Positions 32,797 through 44,300 of a stretch of DNA of 64,000 nt are shown one piece after another (position 1 is the first letter of the stretch; the number at the start of each line of letters is the position of its first letter). This DNA is from an uncultured Gemmatimonadaceae bacterium (GTDB lineage: Bacteria > Gemmatimonadota > Gemmatimonadetes > Gemmatimonadales > Gemmatimonadaceae), in NCBI GenBank assembly GCA_963829055.1, contig CAWHHI010000020.1:64001-128000 (forward strand), given 5' to 3'. The notes under the pieces are model-generated. The model made no database searches. It saw only the letters and a list, made by a program, of their open reading frames with translations, and was not told where the DNA came from. A program made the position numbers and the translations under genes.

Positions 32797-33189
32797 TCAC
32801 TGTGGCGCAGAGAGCGCACTGATCGTGATGTAGTATCCGTCAGGATCCCGGAGTGAGAACTCCGGTGTTCGAGTGTTCGGGTTCACGTGGGGCTCCTCCT
32901 CGAATCGCTCGACGAGAGCGCGTGCCCTCTTCAGTGCCATCTCGTAGTCATCGACACGGAAGAACAAGAGGAGCCCGTTGCCAGGTGAGGCCTCCTCCGC
33001 GCTCATCAAGGATGGATGCTCGTGCGCGCCCCACCGGTGCAGGCAGAGCAGGACAGTTCCATCCGTATCCAGGATCTGACCAAAGTGGTCATGGGCCGGA
33101 GGCGTCTCGGGCTGGCCGAAGAGCGACTGGTACCACTTGAAGCTGCCGGGAACGTCGCTTACGCCGATGATCGTCCACGTGCGTTTCAT
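32797..33189 (-). CDS. VOC/glyoxalase family protein (cassette-like)
   Basis: PGNGLLLFFRVDD, EFSLRDPDGY; starts 16 nt after GTTAGGT. Confidence 0.9.
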   Translation of the reverse strand: MKRTWTIIGVSDVPGSFKWYQSLFGQPETPPAHDHFGQILDTDGTVLLCLHRWGAHEHPSLMSAEEASPGNGLLLFFRVDDYEMALKRARALVERFEEEPHVNPNTRTPEFSLRDPDGYYITISALSAPQ

Positions 33190-33205
33190 AGCGTGACCGT
33201 TGTCA

Positions 33206-33290
33206 ACCTAACGCCAAGGTTCAGCCGCAAGCGAATCCAATAAGAGCGCGTGACGGAGCCACGCGCAATCCGAAGTCCGCTCAGCTGGGA
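33206..33290 (-). mobile_element. Right part of an attC site
   Basis: Minus strand ...CTCTTATTGGATTCGCTTGCGGCTGAACCTTGGCGTTAGGT resembles the attC ends at 39363 and 55251. Confidence 0.65.
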
Positions 33291-33420
33291 TGCTGATGCA
33301 GATGTTGATGCAGGTGCAACCGTCGCGCAGTACGGGGCCGGGCAGCCGAAATGGTCGGCGCTCGGCGCGAACACCGGGCGGCGCTTTCCCGATGACGACG
33401 CTGGGCACTATCTTGGAGGC

Positions 33421-33486
33421 ATGACCTACTCGATCGCGCGTACACGGACGTCCTGGTGGTGGCCCTCTCTCCGAGCGGCCCGCTAG
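33421..33486 (+). CDS. Trp-rich leader peptide [21 protein letters not shown]
   Basis: Three tandem TGG at 33454-33462; -10-like TATCTT ends 6 nt before the ATG; directly upstream of trpS. Confidence 0.8.
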   Translation: MTYSIARTRTSWWWPSLRAAR

Positions 33487-33545
33487 CGCACGTCCATCCG
33501 CCTGCGCTCGAACTTCGGGGTCGCTCGCCATCGAGCGGCCCTTTT
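33472..33545 (+). terminator. Attenuator (antiterminator/terminator)
   Basis: GGGTCGCTCG (33518) can pair with CGAGCGGCCC at 33532 (followed by TTTT) or at 33472. Confidence 0.8.
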
Positions 33546-33608
33546 GCGTTTCGCCCGGTGTCGAGCCGACCTCGCTCACGTTCCATTGGTTCCGAGGAGC
33601 TTCACACC

Positions 33609-34657
33609 ATGTCCGCCAACATGCTCGCGCACGCTCGCGCCGACGATCGCCAGAGCCAGGTCGACGCCACCGACGTCATACTCACCGGCGACCGCCCGAC
33701 TGGCCCGCTTCATCTCGGGCACTACGCCGGCTCGCTGCGCTCCCGACTCGCCCTTCAGGGCCAGTGTGCACAGACGCTGCTGATCGCCGACCTGCAGGCG
33801 CTCACCGACTCGAGCGGACGCGCCGCGCACGTGGCGGAGCACGTGCCCGAAGTCGCGCTCGATTACCTCGCCGCCGGGATAGACCCCGCGAGACCACGAT
33901 CGCGGTGCAGTCACGGCTGAGCGCCCTCGCCGAGCTGACGGTGTTGTACCTGAATCTCGTCACCGTCGCTCGGCTCGAGCGCAACCCGACGGTGAAGGCG
34001 GAGGTGGAGCTGCGCGGCTTCGAGCGCGACATCCCCGCAGGGTTCCTGTGTTATCCCGTCAGCCAGGCCGCGGATATCACCGGGTTCCGCGCGACGCTCG
34101 TCCCCGTGGGGGACGACCAGCTCCCGATGATCGAGCAGACGAACGAGATCGTGCGGCGGGTGAACCGCCTCGCGAGCGCTGCCGTGCTGCCGGAGTGTCG
34201 GGCGCTGCTCTCGAGCACCCCACGCCTTCCGGGCGTGGACGGCCGGAAGGCCAGCAAGTCGTTAGGCAACGCGATCCCGTTGAGCGCCACGGCCGACGAG
34301 ATCCGCGGACTGGTGCGCGCGATGTACACCGACCCGGGCCACGCGCGGGCGTCGGACCCGGGCCGCGTCGAGGGGAACGTCGTGTTCGCCTACCTGGACG
34401 CGTTCGACCCGGACCTGACGACGGTCAACGAGTTGAAGGAGCGCTACCGCGGTGGTGGACTCGGCGACATGGCGCTCAAGCGGCGTCTCGAGGGCGTGCT
34501 CGAGGCGCTCGTCGCGCCGATCCGCGCCCGGCGCGCCGAGCTCGCGCGCGACCGCGCGTACGTCATGGATGTCCTGCGCGCGGGCAGCGAGCGCGCCAAC
34601 GCCACGACGCAGGCTGTCCTCCGCGACGTGCGCGGGGCGTTCGCCCTCGACACGTAG
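33609..34657 (+). CDS. trpS: Tryptophan--tRNA ligase, TrpRS II type (frameshift near 33890)
   Basis: [36 protein letters not shown] (KMSKS variant). Confidence 0.95.
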
Positions 34658-34796
34658 CGCCCAGGTGCCGCGGAATACGTGCGCCGGGCAGCGCAACTCG
34701 GAACAGCCAACTCCCGTAGGGGCTACGAATGACGTGAGCCGTAACAGAGACACTCGGCTTCCGCCAAGGATCACACTGCGACCGTGGGAGACTCCA

Positions 34797-35096
34797 ATGC
34801 GCGTTCTCTGGATGCTGATCAAGATCATAGTCGGACTTGCGATCGCGATTCCGCTCGGAGTCCTTGCCCTCGCGCTGACGCTGGGCCTGGTAGGAACGCT
34901 GGTCGGCATCGCGATCCTCGTCCTCAAGCTCGCGTGCGTGGGACTGCTCGGGTACGGCTTGTATCGCGTCGCCCGGCTCGCCTTCGGGCCGTCGAAGACG
35001 TCGCCGCCTCCGGTACGCGAGCTGCCGCCCGTCGACAAATATTACGAAGCGGCAATGCGCGAGATCGACTCGGAGCTCGGGCCACCAGTGCGCTAA
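34797..35096 (+). CDS. Hypothetical membrane protein
   Basis: GGAG RBS, two TM helices, DKYYEAAMREID tail. Confidence 0.75.
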   Translation: MRVLWMLIKIIVGLAIAIPLGVLALALTLGLVGTLVGIAILVLKLACVGLLGYGLYRVARLAFGPSKTSPPPVRELPPVDKYYEAAMREIDSELGPPVR

Positions 35097-35111
35097 CGCG
35101 GGGAGGCACGC

Positions 35112-35717
35112 GTGTTTCGCCTGTCTTCTTTGCTCACGACGTTGGTGTTTGGCGTGGCCGAAGCGAGTGTCGCGCAGAACAGCCCCGCGACCATCGCGGC
35201 CGCGGAGGCGGAAGGGGCGAGCTATCCGCGGGCGCCGATGCCGGGAACCGTCTCATGGGCGTTCAATAAGCCGTTCGGCGGGACGGCCGAGCGAAAGTGC
35301 GTTGCGGTCCGCCTGACGTGCCGACGCCGGGCGGATCATTGCGGTCTGGCGACTTCATCATCCGCTCGGGGTTGCTCCTCGGTATGGCCGCAGGCGAACG
35401 GGAACTACAAGGTCCTCTGGCTCCCGCTACACACACCGCCTGACATCCGAGCAACGTTGCTGCTTCGCGCCACGCGCATCGGGCAGCCGGCCGACTCGAT
35501 TCGAACCCGAATTCCTGCGGCAGGGACTCCCCGGAGCGCCGAGCTCGGCGGCTGGGTTCCCGAGCGGCGTCAGCTTCCCCGAGGCCGGCGAGTGGGTCGT
35601 CGTAGCAACGACAGGAAGCGATTGGGGATGTTTCCTGTTCAGGATTTCGTCGGTGTCGTTCAACGGGTCTCCCCTGGATTTCCCTGGGAGAACGCGATGG
35701 ACCAGACCGGCGCATGA
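35112..35717 (+). CDS. Hypothetical secreted protein (frameshifted)
   Basis: GGAGG plus GTG, signal peptide, KVLWLPLH, FPEAGEWVVVATTGSDWGCF in another frame. Confidence 0.5.
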   Translation: MFRLSSLLTTLVFGVAEASVAQNSPATIAAAEAEGASYPRAPMPGTVSWAFNKPFGGTAERKCVAVRLTCRRRADHCGLATSSSARGCSSVWPQANGNYKVLWLPLHTPPDIRATLLLRATRIGQPADSIRTRIPAAGTPRSAELGGWVPERRQLPRGRRVGRRSNDRKRLGMFPVQDFVGVVQRVSPGFPWENAMDQTGA

Positions 35718-35789
35718 GTAGGCGTGCGGGGCACGGCCTAACGTGGGCGCTGCCGAGGACGCGTCGAAGAGGGTGTCCGTGATCCTCAC

Positions 35790-38217
35790 CTACTCGGCAC
35801 GAATGGCGACGACCGGATCGACCCGCGTCGCGCGAAACAGTGGTCCGGCGCACGCGGCCAAACACGCAAGCAGCATCGACGCCGCAGCGACGATCAACGT
35901 GATCGTGTCGAAGCTCTGGACACCATAGAACGACATCCGAATGAGCCGCGCTACACCTAACGCGCCCGCGAGACCTATCCCCGTCCCGAGCACCGCCTGA
36001 CCCAGCGCATCACGGACGAACAAACCGGCGATGTTTCGGCGCGTCGCACCGAGCGTGATCCGCACGCCGATTTCCCGTGTTCGCATGCCGAGAGTGTAGG
36101 ACATCACTCCGAACAGGCCAATTGCCGCGAGTAGCACGCCCGACACGGCGAACAGCACGAGCACGAACATCGTGAACCGCGGCTCGGCGAGCGATTGTTC
36201 GACCTCCGCATTCATGTCAGTGACGCGCCACGTCAACGGATCGGGGTGCACCGACCTGGCAAAGCGCCTGACAACGTCCACCGCATCCTTTCGGGATAAG
36301 CGCACAATGAGCGCCGTTCCGAAGTCGGTTTCGGGAAACGGCCGATACAGCGTTGGTCTCGTCGCGCGGTCGAGACGGTTGACGAGAATATCCGGAACGA
36401 TTCCGACCACCGTTTGCCATTGTTGGAGTGCCCCTTCCCGCCGGGAATTGCGAAACTGCCGCCCGACGACGTTGCCGTCGGGCCAGAGCTGCTGAGCGAG
36501 GGACCGGCTCACGATGACCTCGGCGCGCGAGGACGACCCCTCGTCGAACGTTCGTCCCGCGATGAGCGGCATTCGCAGTACCGAGAAATAGTCCGGTGCC
36601 ACGTAGTTGACGCCGGTGAAGCCCGACGGGCCTACGGCTCCGGGACGCTCGCTCGTCTCGAACGCCGAAGCGAATGATATGCCATCCGCGGTCGCTTCCC
36701 CGGCAATCGTTAGGTTCCGCGATCCCAGATGGCGCTCCGCCAGACCGCGAACCATGCTGGCGAAGGCGACTCGGCGCTCTCGGGGCTGGACCGCGTTCAG
36801 GTCGCGCTCGCGAAAGTCCACCGCGTAGAGGTCGTGCGGGTCGAATCCCAGTCGCACGCGTTCGAAGTCGAACACCGTGCGGATGAGAAGTATCGCTCCG
36901 GCGAGCAGGATCGCGGAGAGCGCGATCTGTCCAACGACCAGCGTCCCGCGCAGCCGGCGGTGACCGAGCGGGGCGCTCGACGCACCGGTTCGCAGCGCTT
37001 GTCCCAGATGCCCGTGCGCAACGTGCAATGCGCCGAGCACGCCGACTATCAGGCCCACGGCGATCGCCAGACCCGCGGCGAACGGGACTACTCCACGAGT
37101 CGTCGTTAGGTGAGACAGGGCCGGCAGGCTCGTCGGCCGCAACCACGCCAACACCTCGAGCGTTCCCCAGCCCACGAGCATGGCAAGTGCTCCCCCTGCC
37201 AGGCCGAGCAAGGCGCTCTCCGTGACCAGCTGGCGAACCAGCCGTGCGCGGTGCGCGCCAAGCGCATGACGCACGGCAAGCTCACGCTCGCGCGCCACAC
37301 CGCGTTGCAGTAACAAATGCGACACGTTGCTGCAGGCGATGAGAAGCAGGAAGATGACCGCACCCGTCAGGAGCAGCAGCGCCTGACGAAATGGAAGGTC
37401 GTCCTGGGGGCGGCTGAAGCGAATGCTCGGCTGGAGCGTCCGGTCGTCCGGATCGATGCCCCCCGCACGTTCGAGAATGGCGGTCAGCTCCTCGCTCGCC
37501 GCTTTCGGCGATGCGCCGGGCGTCAGGCGCACGGCGATTGCTCTCACACGCTTCCCGTGAATGAACGGGAGCCAGACGTCGGGTCTTTCGAATCTGAAGT
37601 CCGGAAGGACGAGTGACGCCGGCACCACGCCCACGATGGTGCTCGGGCGCGACTCCGGCTCCCCACCCAACTCCAGCCGCACGACCCTACCCAGGACGTC
37701 GGGCGATCCACCGAATTGCCGTCGCCAGAAGCCCTCGGACAGGAGGATCGCACGCGGCCCGTTAGGCGTGACCTCCTGCGATGTAAAATTGCGTCCGATC
37801 ACCGGCCGCGCCCCGGCAAAGGCGAGGAAGGCACTGTCGGCGAATACGGTCTTGATGCTGACATCCGCAGGGTCACCACGGAGATACGCGCTCGGCCCAC
37901 CGTCGTACGTTGCCGCGGCTTCGAGCGTGCGCGCGCTGTTTCGCCATTCCCGTACGACGTCGGCGGGTATCGGAAGCGAGATCGCTTCCCCTGAGAATGC
38001 TCCCTTGCAGAGCGACGGTGTAGACGCGCGACGCGTCGCGGTAGGCGAGCGGCCGGATGAGAAACGTGTCTGCGACACTGAACACGGCGGTGCTAGCCCC
38101 GACGCCCAACGCAATCGTCAGGAGCGTGACGAAGGTCCAGCCGGGAGAGCGCCGGAACTAGCGGAGTGCGAACGCCGAGTCCGTTACCACATCGCTCACG
38201 ACTTGCCACGTGCGCAT
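35790..38217 (-). CDS. Duplicated orphan ABC permease (N-terminal frameshifts)
   Basis: GVGASTAVFSV, LLIACSNV, REIGVRITLGA, DPVVAIRAE. Confidence 0.85.
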
Positions 38218-38231
38218 GGAATGCCTGGTCG

Positions 38232-38811
38232 TTAGGCGGTGTCGGTCGCCACGTTCGGGCGCGCGACGAGCATCAGGATGGCGCCCACGACCGCCGGGAT
38301 CGCGAACAAGGATACCATCACGGCGGCCATGAACGTGTTCCTTCGCGCCGAATGCTCCGAAGTCGGCCGCAATGACGAAGTAGTACGGCACCCAGACGAC
38401 GCCGCTGACGAGCAGCACCCACGGCGCCCAGCGCGCACCGCGGCGGGCCGCGAACCAGGCAACGCCGAGAAACGCCGCCGCCATGGCCATCATCTGGGCA
38501 CACATGCCAAGCATGGTGTCGACGAGGAGTTTATCAAGCTTCGGGTTGTTCTGGTGGAGCTGCGCGTACGTGGTGCCGAGCATGTATTCCTCGGGCTGGG
38601 TCCCGAGGAGGACGGCCCCATCCCCGAGCCCACTGACTGCCCGAGCCTCGAGCGCGATCGGCACCGCGAGAGCTGAAACGACGTTCAGTGTGCCGTAACC
38701 GAGAAGCAATACGAGCCCGACGCCGGATAGACTCTTCCAGCGGACCTTCGTGCCAGGTGCGATGGCGTCCACGGGAATCTCCGCGCGATAGCGCGATGGA
38801 ATGACGAGCAT
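38232..38811 (-). CDS. Hypothetical membrane protein (frameshift near 38340)
   Basis: Hydrophobic helices over two frames; stop inside GCCTAAC. Confidence 0.55.
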
Positions 38812-38826
38812 GGTCAGCGCCGGTGC

Positions 38827-38874
38827 GGTGCGTGAGCCCAGCCGCAACGAATCTCGCGGCTGGGCTCACGCACC
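38827..38874. repeat. Perfect 19-bp stem hairpin
   Basis: GGTGCGTGAGCCCAGCCGC ... GCGGCTGGGCTCACGCACC. Confidence 0.8.
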
Positions 38875-38932
38875 GGGCAACCCGCGCCAACTCCGGACCG
38901 CACGGCGGGAATCACGTGCTCCGGCGGTGCTC

Positions 38933-39337
38933 TCACGCACCCTTGTTCTTGTCGTCCCAGGCCTTCGGCTCCCACAGCTCGATCTTGTTTTCGTCCGGAT
39001 CCATGATCCACGCGAACTTGCCATTCTCGTGCGACTCGGGTCCCTGGATGACTTCCACACCCCCCGCACGTAGTTGCTCGAGCAACTCGCCGAGGTTGTC
39101 GACCCGGTAGTTGATCATGAACGACGATGTACTCGGGCTGAACCACTTGCTGTCTTTCTGCGCGACATGCCACACCGTGAGGCCTTGATCCTCGGCCTTG
39201 TCGTCCGGCCATCTGAGTATGGCGCCGCCAAAGTCTTCCAGCGGCATGCCCAAGTGCTTCCGATACCACGCTGCCAATGCAGCGCTGTCGCCTTTGCTCT
39301 TGAAGAAGACGCCGCCGACTCCGGTAACCTTCGCCAT
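38933..39337 (-). CDS. VOC/glyoxalase family protein (gene cassette)
   Basis: VTGVGGVFF, FMINYRVDNL, GKFAWIMDPDENKIELWEP; GTTAGGC, AGGAGG, ATG within ~30 nt. Confidence 0.92.
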   Translation of the reverse strand: MAKVTGVGGVFFKSKGDSAALAAWYRKHLGMPLEDFGGAILRWPDDKAEDQGLTVWHVAQKDSKWFSPSTSSFMINYRVDNLGELLEQLRAGGVEVIQGPESHENGKFAWIMDPDENKIELWEPKAWDDKNKGA

Positions 39338-39362
39338 CGTTCACCTCCTACCCGGTTAAAAC

Positions 39363-39460
39363 GCCTAACGCCTGAAGTTGAACTATGAGCGAATCAAACA
39401 AGAGCGAGCGAAGCGAGCAACCATAGTCCGCCCGCTCGACAGTCCCAACGTACGTAGCAG
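39363..39460 (-). mobile_element. attC site with degenerate R'' box
   Basis: Ends ...AGTTCAACTTCAGGCGTTAGGC; begins a few nt after the stop of the upstream ORF. Confidence 0.75.
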
Positions 39461-39466
39461 CGAGGC

Positions 39467-39936
39467 TCACCAGATCCGCCACCATGGCAGGCGGCGTGCC
39501 CTAATGCCATCCTCGCACAGAGAGACCGCGCCCCGCTCGAGGCGGAGCGTCGCGACGGCACCCGTGTCGGGTCCGAAGTCGAACGTCGCCGTGAGCGGGT
39601 GATGGGCGATCGCGAGCGCGCGGAGCACGTAGCGCCCAGCGCCGAGCCCCAGCACGGCAAGCCCGGTGTCGCTCACCGCCCGGAGCAGCGCCGCCGTGTC
39701 CCCCGCGCCGCCAGTTGGTAGACGACGGGCAGCGGTGTGCCCAGGTCGTCACCCCCGCGCACGCGAAGCACGCCGGGCGTTCCCCGCTCGAATGCAGCCA
39801 GTGCCGGCTCCGCGTCCCCCGGGGCGTACGGCCCGCAGTGTCCATAGGGCTCCATCACGGTGCGGGGGTGACACCCGAAGGACGCGAAGGTCATGCAGGC
39901 GCCGAGCGCGCCGCGCCAAATCGTGCTCAGTCCCAC
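39467..39936 (-). pseudogene. Cassette-borne hypothetical protein, frameshifted
   Basis: Two overlapping ORFs ending ...RLPWWRIW directly before attC. Confidence 0.5.
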
Positions 39937-40330
39937 GACGGCTCGAGATCTGGACCGGTACTCACTTGCAGCTCGGTCACCTGACCGGAAAGCGTTCGAA
40001 ACACAAGAACGTGTTCGAACCGCGTGACATAGACGTTAGCGCGAGACGAGTCGGTGTGTTCGCCCGACGACGAGGCGTAGTCATGCTCCGCCAGCAGAAC
40101 CAACCACACGCGATCACACTTCTCGCGATACCGGTCGAAGAGCTGCTCCTTCTTGTTGATGGCCGCCTGAATGAACGACGGCGACCACGTTGGTACCACG
40201 GCACCTTGCTTGAAATCCCAGAATCCCTCTGCCCAGTCATGGACCCGCTGGACGTCCATGCGTTCTACACCATTCGGCAGCTGGATCCCTCCGTGGCCGG
40301 AGTACTCAATGTGAACTTCTCTATCGCGAG
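39927..40330 (-). pseudogene. Low-GC hypothetical C-terminal fragment
   Basis: IQAAINKKEQLFDRYREKCDRVWLVL; composition differs from the flanks. Confidence 0.45.
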
Positions 40331-40687
40331 TGGCCGCGATGATTTGTTCGACAGTAGCGGCTATGGACCGACTGGTCCGCGTTCCTCCCTCACGCGACCG
40401 TGTCGGTGGCCCGTGCCACTCGATTATGACGTGGCACGGCGACAGGTTGTCGCGCTTGTACTCCGCTCACGCGTCAGCGCCCGCGACCCAGCCGACGCCG
40501 GCCATGCCGCAAAACAGCAGTCCGAGCCACGGGCGCCGTGTGCCTCGGAGGAATGGACGGCCAAGGTGCGCCTCTCCTCAAAGCGAGCGTCAGGCGATCG
40601 CGGCTGTGACTCGGTATCGCACCGAGCGAGATACGGCGTTCGAACGCCATCGCGGTAGGCTGGCCAATCACTGCAGCTGGATGACAC

Positions 40688-40765
40688 GCTCAAACGTGCG
40701 GGCCGTTCAGCAAGCGAGCTCCGCTCCCACGCTCGCTTGACCTTGCAGCGCACGAGGTCCGGCGC
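40688..40765 (-). mobile_element. Eroded attC-like hairpin
   Basis: GTTCAGCAAGCGAGC ... GCTCGCTTGACCTTGCAGCGCACG resembles the attC arms at 55251; core boxes mutated. Confidence 0.4.
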
Positions 40766-40997
40766 GAGTTAGTTCGTGACGCCGTCGAGTGCGATGATGA
40801 TGCGATGTACTCGACGTCAGCGGAGTTCGCTCGGTTGTGTCTAAGGCATGAGGGTACCGTCCAAAGGCCAGCTCGCCGTGAGCCAGCGCGGGAGAGGCTG
40901 CGCATGGGCGGCGCGGCTGTGAAACTCGGTGATCGTCACGGCGTGCTCGCACGTGTAGCAGATCGGCAATGTGCATGACACGAGTGGCGTGTGAGCG

Positions 40998-41288
40998 GCC
41001 TAACGCCGACTATACGACTATAGCCTGACATCAGCATGCGGCCTCGCGCCGCAAACGCGGCAGGGTGTCGCCGTCTAATTCGAAGCGGTGCGGCGAGTGA
41101 CGCACCGACAATGCAACTGCCGTACATGCAATCGCTTACAATGCCAGTCGCCAAGGCGCCGTGTTAGACGGCGAGCGGTGCCGTCTAACACAATGGCGAC
41201 AGAGCACTCGTTTCGAGGTCTCGGGCGGGCGGCGCCAGAGCCAGACGCCCGTCCCCGCCGGCTCTGAACACGCGCGCCCGTGCCTAAC
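40998..41288. mobile_element. Integron-platform-like element, copy A (putative attI, promoter region and intI start remnant)
   Basis: Homologous to 56026-56282 with conserved box spacing; palindrome GTGTTAGACGGC-N7-GCCGTCTAACAC. Confidence 0.6.
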
Positions 41289-41307
41289 GCGTCCGCCCCA
41301 CCCGCCA

Positions 41308-44300
41308 CTACGGCTGCCCGACCCCCGGCGTGATCGCCTTCTTGTCCGCCTTCAACGCGTCGGGATTCACCCACCAGTGCGCCCCGAACGGCGTCTTCGC
41401 CGGCCACACCTCGTCGAGCGTCATCGCGTCGTACACGATCCCGCCCTTCACCACATAGCGGATATTCCGCGTCTGGCGAATGTCATCGAGCGGATTGCCG
41501 TCGAGCACCAGCATGTCCGCGAGCTTGCCGACCGCCAGCGATCCCGTCTCCTTCTCGATCCCGATGAATCGCGCACCATCGATCGTGCCCACCTCCAGCG
41601 CGCCCATCGGCCCCATCGCCGACGCGGCCATCCACACCTCCCAGTGCGACCCCATCCCATGCTGCTGCCCATGGGAACCGATCGTGCCGTAGCCGCCCTC
41701 GGCGATGATGTCCGCGAGGCCGCGCGCGAGCAGCGGGAAGCTGTAGTCCGTCGCCGGCCGCAGCATGCGCCGCCGCGTCTGCGGAATGAGCATCTGCCAC
41801 GGGAGCCACGACTGCAGCTTCGGATCCTTGAACACGTCACTCTCGGCGTACCAGTAGTCCTCGTTCCACGACGACGGCCCCGCCACCATGAACGTCGGAC
41901 TGTAGAACGCGTGCGCCTTGCCGAAGAACTTCGCGACGTCGGCGTAGATCGGCACATTCCCCCACGGATGCTCCCATCCCGTCTGCCCGTCCATGATCAT
42001 CGAGAGGTTGTACTCGATGTCGCCACCCTCGGCCGTGACGCGCAATCCGAAGCGGCGCGCCGCATCGCTCACCCACTGGCGCTGATCGCGGCGCGGCTGT
42101 GAGTACTGCTTCATCGTCACCGCGCCCCACGACTGGAGGCGCCTAACGTTCTGCTCCGTCACGGCCAGCGACGTGAGATCGTTCTGCCGCGGCGCGTCGC
42201 CGGCGTACAGCGGATCGCCGGTGCTGTAGGTGCGCGGCCCGATCATCATCCCCGCCTCGATCATCTGCGCCGTCGGGAAGACGTTGCCCGACCACATCGA
42301 GTTGTCGAGCGTCGTCGTCACGCCGTACGCCATGTAGATCGCGGACTCCCAGTTCTTCCTCGGCAGCACACCCTCGTGGTCGCGATGGTGGTGCGCGTGC
42401 ATGTCGATGAAACCGGGCATGATCGTCTTTCCACTGGCGTCGATCACCTGCGCACCCTGCGTGGTGCACTCGCCAATGCAGGTGATCCGCCCACCCTTCA
42501 CGAGGACGGTGCCGCTCGGGATTACGCGACGATCCTCCATCGTAATGATGCGCGCGCCCGTGAACGCCACCGTGCCTGACGGGACGCGCTTCGGGACCTT
42601 GAGGCCGATCGTGACGGTGTCCGCCTTGTACGTCCGCGTGTCGACGGTGACGATGCGATTCCCGCTCGCGAACTCCGCGGTCACGCTGTCGCGCCAGTGC
42701 GGGAAGAGCCCACCTTCGAGCGAGAGCTGGCGCACCGGGAACCGGCTGTTTCGACCGTGCTCGATGCGCGGCTCGACCTCGCCCGTTCCAGCGAGCGGGA
42801 ACGGAATCAGATACGCGTTGTCGCCCTCCTGAAACAGCAGCTGTCGCCCGTCCGGCGAGACGGCGGCCTCGTCGACGTACGGCATCGTCAGGTACACCTT
42901 CCGGTCGCCGCCGTCGCGATTCACCGAGACGAAGTCAGTGCCCGCCGGACCTCGGCCGCAACACCTGGCCGCGCCGCTTCGGCGCCGTGCGTCTCGGGAA
43001 AGAAGATCCGCCCTCCCGGGCCATACGACGCCTGCACGATCGGACGCCGCGGCATCCCGGGGCGGCTGGCCGAGTAGGGGCGGTTCACCTCGGTGATGAG
43101 GCGCTCGCCGGTGCCGTCGGCGCCGATGCGACGAAGCTCGTACCACGTGTTGTTGGACATCGAGTGCTGACGCAGGAATCCGCCGTTCCCGCGCGTGACG
43201 ACGAGCTCACGTCCGTCAGGCGCCCATGCGGGCTGGAGGTACTCGCCGGCGACCTTCGTCAGGCGAACGGGCTCGCCGCCGGTCGCGCGCACCTTCCAGA
43301 GGTGCCCGAGCTTCTCATCGTCGAAGGTGGTGAACGCGATCCACTGTCCGTCCGGCGACCAGGCCGGCGAGAGCTCGACCGTGGTGAACGACGCGGGCGT
43401 CAGTCGTTTCGGCGTGCCGTTAGGCACGTCGACGACCCAGAGCTTCCCCGCTCCCTCGAATGCCGCTCGCTTCCCGTCCGCCGACCGCGACGCCCAGCGG
43501 AGGTACTGCACGTCGAGCGTGTCGTCGCGCACCGTGCGCGAGGCCATCGCCTGCTCGGAGAGCGTGCGATGCACGCGCGCCGTGAACGGGATCTCCGCGA
43601 CCTGCCGAGACGCAACATCGAGCCGGCGGATCTTCCCGCCCTGCGTGATGACGATCGACTTCCCGTCGGACGTCCACGCGTACCCCGGCAGCACGCGCGA
43701 CACCTTCCCGCCCTCGGCCATATCGACCTCGACGGGATCCATGATCACGCGCTCGGTCCCGCTCTCGAGGTCACGCAACCAGAGCGCCGTGCGCGGCCCG
43801 AACTCGAGGCCTTTGAACTCGATCGTCCCGTTAGGTATGCGTCGACCAAACGCCAGCCAGCGCCCGTCCGGCGAGATCTGCGGCGCGACCGCGCCTCCGC
43901 TCGAGCCCTGGTACTGCTGCTCCGACACGCCTTCGGTCACCATGAGCGTGCGTCCCGTGGCCAGCTCCAGGCGACGAAGCTGTCGCGAACCTTGCGTGAC
44001 GTCGTTCTTGCCGGAGACGATCCCGTCGGTGATCGATACCTGGTAGTACAGGAAGCGGCCGTCGCGGGAGAGCGAAGGCGATTCGGGGCGTCCCTGCGTG
44101 ACGAGGGAGATGCCGCTGCCGCCGTCCTTCGAGTACATCCAGAGCCCGCTGCCGCCTCCTTCCCCTCCGCCCGGCCCACCTAACGCTGATCGGCGGACGA
44201 TGATGAAGTTGCCGTCGGCGCTCCAGGCTGGCTCGGCGACGCGGACAGCGAGGTCGTTGAAGACCGCGCGCGGGTTGGAGCCGTCGGCGTTCATGACCCA

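Noticed and set aside
33250..33420. 78-aa ORF as the real gene, with GGAGG at 33415 as the leader RBS
   Set aside because: The upstream part overlaps an attC remnant, and GGAGG is only 1 nt from the ATG; a leaderless 21-aa peptide fits better
41161..42102. 313-aa plus-strand ORF as an integrase
   Set aside because: No tyrosine recombinase R-H-R-Y motifs; mostly antisense to the amidohydrolase
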